Source of the DNA: Tubiluchus corallicola
Taxonomy: Eukaryota > Animalia > Priapulida
Assembly: GCA_030141605.1 (NCBI GenBank)
Contig: JAQGDQ010000321.1
Coordinates: 62,001-126,000, forward strand
Length of the DNA: 64,000 nt
Direction of reading: 5' to 3'
The position numbers were made by a program, and so were the translations under genes. Shown one piece after another: positions 56,107-64,000 of this stretch. The notes under the pieces were generated by a model. It worked only from the letters and a program-made list of their open reading frames with translations. It did not search any database and was not told where the DNA came from. Position 1 is the stretch's first letter. The number at the start of each line of letters is the position of its first letter.

Positions 56107-56638
56107 ATGCAAGCATAAAAATCTTATGTAAGGAAATATATTAGCTTGCTTGAAGGTGTACAAAGAAGAGTGATAAACTTGAATAATTGTCCTAATTTTG
56201 CAGAGTTAACAAATGATTAGAAATTGAGCAGGTGTAGATTAATGCCTCAATAACACCTTCACGGAGAGTGGTCACAACTGAAGTTTTTAATATTGTGAAT
56301 GGGCTCGAGATTATGGATTGTAATGACTTTTTTACAGTTAGTGAACCATTAGATCACACCAAAACAATCTGTAAGAGCACTACGGCTTCAATTGTGCCAG
56401 CACTCCCCTTGTCACATTGGTTACATCAAACTTGTGATGTAAGCATTACAATTTGCTCTTAGCCTCCACCCAATCTGGGCTTCCCTGTTGTTGTCAGCTG
56501 TAACGTTACCACCTAAAAGCTGATGAGTCTGTTGCTGTGAAACTTCTTTACTGTTTTCAGTAAAATAGTTTATTTTGGCTAAATCTGTGTAGTTCTAGTG
56601 TTTCCTATTAGTGACTTTATCAGTCTCCCAAGTAATTA

Positions 56639-56777
56639 GAGAAGAGGAGATCTAGACTTGATCTTAGAAGATCATTTTCAGCCAAAAGATTATTGGCAGT
56701 AAAAAATGTACAGGTATTAATGATCCTTTGGCTGAAAAATGATATCTTCTAAGATCGAATCTAGATATTCTCTTCTC
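56639..56777. mobile_element. about 140-bp hairpin MITE inserted in the LINE relic
   Basis: gagaagag..gatctagacttgatcttagaagatcattttcagccaaa pairs with tttggctgaaaaatgatatcttctaagatcgaatctagatattctcttctc. Confidence 0.75.
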
Positions 56778-56886
56778 AATATTTAACTGTTTAACAGAGG
56801 AGGTTGTGAGCACTTCCAGTATAAATGCTTTCAAGGGTCACTTGAAATAATTCTTAAAGTAGATTTGGAGGGTGCACAGCACAAGG

Positions 56887-57474
56887 TTATCCAAGCTTAC
56901 TGCCTCAGTTCTCATTTCCAATCTAGATGAAGTTGATGGTCATCAGTAAGTATTGCCCTACATCAAGATAACTAATGAAATTCAGTAAACATTAAACAAG
57001 TTTAATGGCGGCTCGTAGCTAAAATTAGTGGGGGTTCATGCAAAATTAAAAAATGTTTAGCCATAGATTTAATACTGTGTAAAATGAAACAAACATATGT
57101 AATTATAATGTTGTAATAGTAATGTTAAACAAACAAACTAACTTAAACATAATTTTGATAAACTCGTAAACAAAAATTATCCAATTATCCAAGCTTACTG
57201 CCTCAGTTCTCATTTCCAATCTAGATGAAGTTGATGGTCATCAGTAAGTATTGCCCTACATCAAGATAACTAATGAAATTCAGTAAACATTAAACAAGTT
57301 TAATGGCGGCTCGTAGCTAAAATTAGTGGGGGTTCATGCAAAATTAAAAAATGTTTAGCCATAGATTTAATACTGTGTAAAATGAAACAAACATATGTAA
57401 TTATAATGTTGTAATAGTAATGTTAAACAAACAAACTAACTTAAACATAATTTTGATAAACTCGTAAACAAAAA
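56887..57474. repeat. 290-bp tandem duplication with an 8-nt junction insert
   Basis: 56887-57176 appears identical to 57185-57474. The spacer ttatccaa (57177-57184) repeats the first 8 nt of the unit. Confidence 0.9.
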
Positions 57475-57816
57475 ATATTTGAATAGCCTAAAATGTCGCA
57501 GTTCAAGAATATGCCGGTACACGGCTTTTAAGCACGTGACAACTGACAGCACATACTACGTGAGCGACAGTACTCTTTCTACCTAAAATACAGCTCCTTA
57601 TCTCAGATATGTGCGCATGGCCGCATGCGCACAGCAGCCATACACCACGTTACTTGGGCTGTGAAGCAAATTGTACTTCCCTCACGTGCTCCAGTTCGGC
57701 ACAAAAATAAAGAAAGAACTAAAGAAAAAAGATTATTATATTGAATATTATCGATAATAATGAGTGAAAACAGGGGGTGTTGCAGTACCACAGCACCTAG
57801 ACACGGGCCGCCACTG
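57301..57816. mobile_element. hAT-superfamily MITE with perfect 8-bp TSD
   Basis: TIRs TAATGGCGGCTCGT / ACGGGCCGCCACTG, flanked on both sides by AACAAGTT (57293-57300 and 57817-57824). Confidence 0.85.
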
Positions 57817-59395
57817 AACAAGTTTTAACTATAACTGACAACCTTTGAACACATGAAATCCAATGTTGCAAATTCAGCCTCGTTCCTGAATGAACGTCTT
57901 CGACATGCACCCATCAACTGGCGGTAAAAACTTCCGATAAACAAATCACATATAGCTAAAGATTGAGGCTAAATGACTTTACATAAAAAGTCAAGCAAAG
58001 TTTTTTCAAGTCAATAAACTTCTTAAGTGTCTTAACAAAACGTTGTCGAAAACAACGATTTTTGCAGCTAGGATAACTAGCAATACGGAGACTCTTTGAT
58101 TCTATTGAATCATAAATTTAAAATTTTTTGTCTTCCTAACTATCCATACGACAGTTTATAGATCACCCTCACAATCAAAGCTTTCATAATACAATAACTA
58201 TCTATCCAAACAGATTACAGTAAGATAGTAAAACTACAACGTTTCACAAGTATTATTAATTTCAAATAAACGTGTGATCCGGAAAACTCTTAACCCTTTC
58301 TTAAAGTAATTTCGGAACAGGTGTGTAAGGTTCTTTGAGAAACATGCTCAGATGGCATCAGGTGCATGGAAATGGTGTAAACAAAAGCATTAGTGGCACT
58401 TTTTTTCTAGACAGAAGAAACAAATGAGCCAAAGTGTTTTGGAGAAGCAGGCATTTAAGAAAACATTTCATTATCACAGTCAACTTCAACCCTAGAAAAT
58501 TTATGAGTCAGATAGGAAAGGTCAGGTCATGATAGTCGAAAACATGTTTTGCAATCCTATTTGTTTTGAAAGAATATAAATATGTACAAGACGTGATCCA
58601 CATCACAAAGCATCAGTTTATGTTGAAAACTAGTATACACCATTAAAATTTTAGATTTTAATGCATTCCAAAAATATCCATGGGTTCAAAATCACTGATG
58701 ATAATTAAAGCAATACTATAGCTGTTAAAAATTTTAAGAGTAAGATTTTTTTGCAGGAAATTCATGTATTTAACCGTGCAATCAATACAGATTGTAAAAG
58801 TTTATGTCACAATGAAATAACTTTCTAATTAGAAAATCACTAAAGTTGGCTTAAAGTAGTATAATATTCACGGATGTGTCGATGCTTGCAGTATTCAACT
58901 GAAATGCTTGAAATTGACCAGACCACAACCTTGTTAAACACATATTTGATCGAGCTACAAGAAAGGCAGAGTGGAAGCTAAAATGGCACTAAAACATAAA
59001 ATTAGTTGGCATTCAAGACAAGCTTGTGACTTATGAGACATAAATTATTAATTATGGGAGAACTTGTATAAAAGTAGAAATCAGCGAAGGGCTTGAAAGC
59101 ATGCATACCATAAAAAAGCTATTTTAGTGTCTTTAAGTTTTAACAATGTAAGCCATGTTATGCTAAAGCTAGGTGATCAACTAAAAAAGCTTCCTATAAT
59201 TAGCAAGCATGTGTCCCTGGCACAAAATTTTGGAATTTAGATAGAAATTTGGATAAATTGTACACCCGATGAACGACAAATGAAATAATAAGACAGTGGC
59301 TAGAAATAATAATTCTAAACAGATTTGTGGTTTGAAACTTCATGATGGTGGTGACGCGTGAAAGCACATGGTACCTTTTCCCGCTTCGTAGCTCC

Positions 59396-59409
59396 GTTGC
59401 TATGGCAAC
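59396..59409. promoter_or_regulatory. RFX X-box motif
   Basis: GTTGCTATGGCAAC is a near-perfect palindromic X-box in a locally CpG-richer patch. It lies about 175 nt upstream of a candidate first-exon donor TGG|GTGAGC (59583/59584). Confidence 0.7.
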
Positions 59410-60441
59410 ATTATTAGTCTTGCACCCGTGCTCTGCTGTATTGTGTTCATTGTTATCGATATGTTATTGATGGCTTTTGGCTAGAAAAAACTTTTGAATG
59501 CTAGGTGGTTATTATTTATTGTAATTTATTAAGAGCTCAGAATTATTCCCACTCAATTGCAATTGGTTTATTGTCCCGACTGGGTGAGCGTTATGACTGA
59601 GGTGTAGATGCCATGAAAAACTACTCTACATCTTGTTTATTCTTAAAAAATTTGTTACTGTTAGTGTTACTTACTTTAGTCATCTTGCCGTTTAGTCTGT
59701 TACGTACGAACAGCATCTTTTAGGAAGAAAATCGCTTGATACACGTGTTTCTGAGCACCATAGAGTAGAAATTGGGCAGCAATTTTTTCACACGACAGCT
59801 ATTTACCGTGGTTCTTGACAGAAGGGAATAGTTTAGAAATGAAGCGTTCCAAAGAAAAACTATCATAAATAATTCTTTTTTTAATAATGCCTTTTATTCA
59901 AAAGGAGATCAATCAACTGCGTGATCTATAGTCTACAAAAATTCTTATTAATTGAATGTCTCTTCAAAAATTCTAATTGAGAAAAACTTTCATCTCTTGG
60001 GTAATAGGAGTTTTTTACAAATCATTTAATCAGAAAATGGTTACACCTATCGTATTTGGTTTGGGCAATTATAAACTTCTTTGTCAGCTGCCAGTAACCT
60101 AGCTGACACAATATGAAACACTTGCAAATAATTAAGGACTTTTTAAGGTAGGTATACATACTGCATGTTTTGCTTCGCGACCAATGCAGAAAACTATCTG
60201 AAAGAAAAATTTGGAGTTACCGATCCCAGATTGCATTAACTGGTGATGCCAGCATTATTTGTTACGAAGGCATCTGATAACTGACATTTGGATCTATTTT
60301 GTCTTGAAACTTTGAAGCATGCACCTGAAAGTGCACAAACCTTAATTAAATCTTATTTCATAATGCTATAAGTTACACATTTTATAATGACAACTTTTTG
60401 ATCATCTATAACAGAATGATTTCTTAATTCACCCGAGTAAC

Positions 60442-62906
60442 ATGAAAATGGATGGTGAATTTGATGATGGTGCAATTACTGCTGCCAAGGTTGATGACAG
60501 TGATACGGATGAAGGCATGTGCCTTGGGCCACCTAAGAAAAAGAAAGAATCTATTGCTGGTAGTAATTTGCTTTCAAACGCGAACACACTGCACTTGCAT
60601 GTGACGAGCATGATGCGATCCAAGACGGGACAACACACAACAAAGAGTCTTTGTAAGAAGATACCTTTTACATCTGATACAGTGCGTAAGATCGTGCGGG
60701 CAAACGATGATGCTTTGTGGCGAGATGCTTCATTAAAGGTATTACACAGAAAATAACTGTATAAAGTCTTCAAATAAAACTTATTAATGCTTTAGTTTGA
60801 ACTATATCTGCTGGTATGCAGTGGAATGTGGAACTGGTCTGATATTGACAGCTTAATCTCTTGACCATGCAATAAATGTTTTTCTGCAAAATAAAAGAGT
60901 TGAAGTCCAACACATTGAAATTTTTTCTTGTAGTCGGCTTACTCTTCTTATTGTAGACGCCAAATCAGACACCTTTAAGAGCTTGTATAGATCTAAATTA
61001 TAAATCTAATTTCTTTGTATTAAAAGAGAATTTGCAGAGTTTATTACATATGTTTCTGTCTACATTTCACATTATGCAACTTACTCCTTAAAAAATAATG
61101 TCCTTTGTTATCTTGTAAATGTGTTCATGTCAAATTATTTATAGTGAATTTTATAGCTTTCCCTTTTACCTATTATGTCTTAACAGAATTTCTTACGAGG
61201 CACTACGAAAGTACTTAAAAGACCCATCGATTTCGCTGAAGGAACCCAGTTATTAGAGCAGAGATTACAACTTAGGGAGGATAAAAAGGTGAAATCTGTG
61301 AAGCCCGGGGAACCAAAAACCTGTCCTCCTCAATGTAGAATTTGTCATGGGACTGCACCTCCTCTGCGTAATTTACTGCACAGGATGCAGCCGGGTCAGC
61401 CGTGAGTATAAATTAATTATCTTGCAGCCGGGTCAGCTATGAACATACATTAAATAGCTACTAGAAAAACTTTTAATTGCACTCTAGTAGTTTTGTTTTC
61501 TAATAGCATTTTAGTCTTCGTGTAAATTAGGAGCTAGAATTGTTTATTTTAAATGGCTTCATCATGAGGTCAATGAGAGCTTTGTTATATGAAATGTCAT
61601 AACGTATTGTACGTAGTGTATTAACTACAACTATTAGACTTACTGCAATGGTGGCCTTGTAAGTATGCATGAATATACGTATTGCAAAGTAACTTAATAA
61701 ATACATGATGATGATGAGATGTGCTGTGTAATTGACTGTTTCAGTACTCGGATTTTTTTGCTGGATCGTCACGCTCGTTGCTTCGATTACGCTCTCCAGA
61801 ATTATGTGAGACAGGAAGAGGCGCAGAAGTTCTTTGACATGGGCATTCCTATTATTTTGTTTTCAAGTTTGAACAACCCCACATCACTAACAGGATTACA
61901 GCCAGCACCAAGGCAACAAAAAGTAGCCGCTGTGGTACATATTTAATTTTTGGATGTACTTGTACTTTTTTTGTTAATTTTGGTCGTATATGCCTATCTT
62001 AACACATTTGCACAAAAGTTTATGCAGAAGTCTTGCCATAGCTGCAGCAATAATAAATAATAATAGTGCTGGATTCTGCATTTGCATAAATTTCAAGATA
62101 TACTGTTATATCTAAAAGTTTTAGAAATAAAAATTCAAAGAAAGGCACACTCAAGATTAAGTGTGCCTTTCTTTGAATTTTTATTTCTAAAACTTTTAGA
62201 TATATACAATGCAAAACCTGTTCTTTCGGTGCTATTACTGATTCTATATTGTATAATTTTTTGTAGAAAGACAGACCAACAGAATACGTGTGTCTAAGCA
62301 AGCAAGCTGTTTTGCATGATCGTAACGAACCATTCGAGGAATTACAGCTGCCACGTGTAAAAGCCACTTCTAAAAAATCTCTGATTTATGTAGATGGACA
62401 CATGTTAGTAAGTAAAATAATATGTTAGGTAGAAAACTTTGCATATCTAGCTGTTTTTGAGAGTACCATAAAAACAGCAAGGTCTGATATAGTTTTAGCA
62501 TATAAATTATAACAAAACTTTGGAATCAAACTATCGATTAAGAGCCAAATGCCAATGTTGACTTTTGAGAGGTCAAGCAGTGTATTTCTGTACTTGTGCA
62601 TGAAAGTGTCCATACTTACATGTTTTATTGCACTTTGGACGCATGAAATTTATTAATATAATACTGTAGTTTTAATCTCTTAATCACTGGTCTGTTGCCT
62701 TTGCAGATAATTTTAGTATCATTCTAAGTTCTTTTTTCAAGTGGTGTAATTATTGTCCGGTATCACCTAGTTATTGATTTGAAGTGAGGTATTTTATCAA
62801 ATAATTTCATTTCGTACTTTTTTATCAATTCTAGCGAGGGACAGCTCAAGATTTTATCGAAGCCTACGCCGAGGAAAAGGGCACTGAAGATTTCATACTG
62901 CTAGAG
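60442..62906 (+). CDS. uncharacterised protein, first 5 coding exons (at least 305 aa); continues beyond the right edge
   Basis: Exons 60442-60738 (acceptor AG at 60413-60414), 61187-61401, 61745-61934, 62267-62407 and 62835-62906 all have AG/GT ends and join in one frame: MKMDGEFDDG...PPKKKKES...WRDASLK|NFLRGTTKV...CPPQCRICHG...MQPGQP|TRIFLLDRHARCFDY...KVAAV|KDRPTEYVC...YVDGHML|RGTAQDFIEAYAEEKGTEDFILLE. Family not recognised; the start codon is inferred. Confidence 0.8.
62107..62204. repeat. perfect 45-bp inverted repeat with 8-nt loop (young TA-ended mini-MITE or palindrome)
   Basis: tatatctaaaagttttagaaataaaaattcaaagaaaggcacact-caagatta-followed by its exact reverse complement. Confidence 0.9.
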
Positions 62907-63174
62907 GTAATGCAAAAACTGTGAAGTTACAACAGGAATAAAGTAACATTAGAAAAACTAAAATAACTTTTGCCTGTTGAATTGTCCTTGTTGGGAGCTC
63001 AATTTGTTTGGATCAAGTAACTTTAAAGAAGAATCATGATTGGCTGGGCATCTGCTTAGCATCAGTCAACACCGAGCTTAATAACCTAGTCATAAGTTTT
63101 TGAAACTAGTTCTAGGTGCAAGTTCCTGTGTAAGAAAGAAAACCAGTTTAAGTTCCTAGTTCCAATAACATATT

Positions 63175-64000
63175 AGAAAAGGAACTAGTTCCAGTTCTAA
63201 CCTCCTCTCTAGAAAAAGCAACTAGTTCCGGTTTTAACATCCTCTATAGAAAAAGGAACTAGTTCCTGTTCTAAGCTCCTCTCTAGAAAAAGCAACTAGT
63301 TCCGGTTTTAACATCCTCTGTAGAAAAAGGAACTAGTTCCAGTTTTAACTTCCTCTGTAGAAAAGGGGAACTAGTTCCAGTTCTAAGCTCCTCTATAGAA
63401 AAGGGAACTAGTTCCTGTTCTAAGCTTCTCTGTAGAAAAAGGAACTAGTTCTAGTTTTAACTTCCTCTGTAGAAAAAGGAACTAGTTCCAGTTTTAACAT
63501 CCTCTGTAGAAAAAGGAACTAGTTCCAGTTCTAAGCTCCTATACAGAAAAACGAACTAGTTCCAGTTTTCACTTCCTCTGTACAAAAAGGAACTAGTTTC
63601 AGTTCTAAGCTCCTCTACAGAAAAAGGAACTAGTTCCAGTTCTAAGCTCCTCTATAGAAAAAGGAACTAGTTCCAGATTTAACTTCCTCTGTAGAAAAAG
63701 GAACTAGTTCCAGTTTTAACTTCCTCTGTAGAAAAAGGAACTAGTTCCAGTTTTAACTTCCTCTATAGAAAAAGGAACTAGTTCCAGTTTTAACTTCCTC
63801 TGTAGAAAAAGGAACTAGTTCCAGTTTTAACTTCCTCTGTAGAAAAAGAAACTAGTTCCAGTTCTAAGTTCCTCTACAGAAAAACGAACTAGTTCCAGTT
63901 TTAACTTCCTCTGTACAAAAAGGAACTAGTTTCAGTTCTAAGTTCCTCTACAGAAAAGGAACTAGTTCCAGTTCTAAGTTCCTCTACAGAAAAAGGAACT
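63175..64000. repeat. 37-bp minisatellite (about 22 units, runs off the window) with an internal 12-bp palindrome
   Basis: Unit is approximately AGAAAAAGGAACTAGTTCCAGTTTTAACTTCCTCTGT; GGAACTAGTTCC is self-complementary. Degenerate related sequence lies at about 63100-63170. Confidence 0.95.

Larger units (their letters stand above)
55620..56850 (+). mobile_element. CR1-like LINE ORF2 3' relic, interrupted by insertions
   Basis: KLYKSFVRPILHYC (from 55695) resumes after an insert as MQA*KSYVRKYISLLEGVQRRVINL (from 56107), then EVFNIVNGL and EEVVSTSSINAFKGHL (about 56797). These follow the order of CR1-type RT C-terminal motifs. Confidence 0.7.

Noticed and set aside
62020-62367. Opposite-strand ORFs sharing the peptide YLKVLEIKIQRKAH
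   Set aside because: An artefact of the perfect 45-bp inverted repeat, not duplicated genes.
63175-64000. CRISPR array (regularly spaced palindromic repeats)
   Set aside because: The intervening segments are only about 17 nt and are variants of one another, not unique spacers. There are no cas genes and the context is a eukaryotic intron. It is a minisatellite.

Overview
AT-rich, intron-dense eukaryotic (invertebrate-like animal) genomic DNA, not prokaryotic. It holds four protein-coding genes, reconstructed by hand from splice sites and reading frames. (1) The 5' part of AP-2 adaptor alpha subunit (AP2A; minus strand, 4 coding exons, running off the left edge). (2) Head-to-head with it, a complete 49-exon GCN1 (plus strand, 10136-50624, about 2663 aa, one GC-AG intron). 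(3) Convergent with GCN1, a single-coding-exon sesquipedalian/PHETA (IPIP27) PH-domain gene (minus strand). (4) An unrecognised spliced gene (plus strand, at least 305 aa, running off the right edge) preceded by a near-perfect RFX X-box. Introns and intergenic DNA carry hAT-type MITEs, hairpin elements, a Tc1/mariner relic, nested CR1/L2 LINE relics, a probable solo LTR, a 290-bp tandem duplication over a transposon end, and a 37-bp palindrome-containing minisatellite that superficially mimics a CRISPR array. Most ORFs in the supplied track are exon fragments with intron read-through, or noise. I found no convincing novel multi-gene system; the best lead is the X-box-associated unknown gene.
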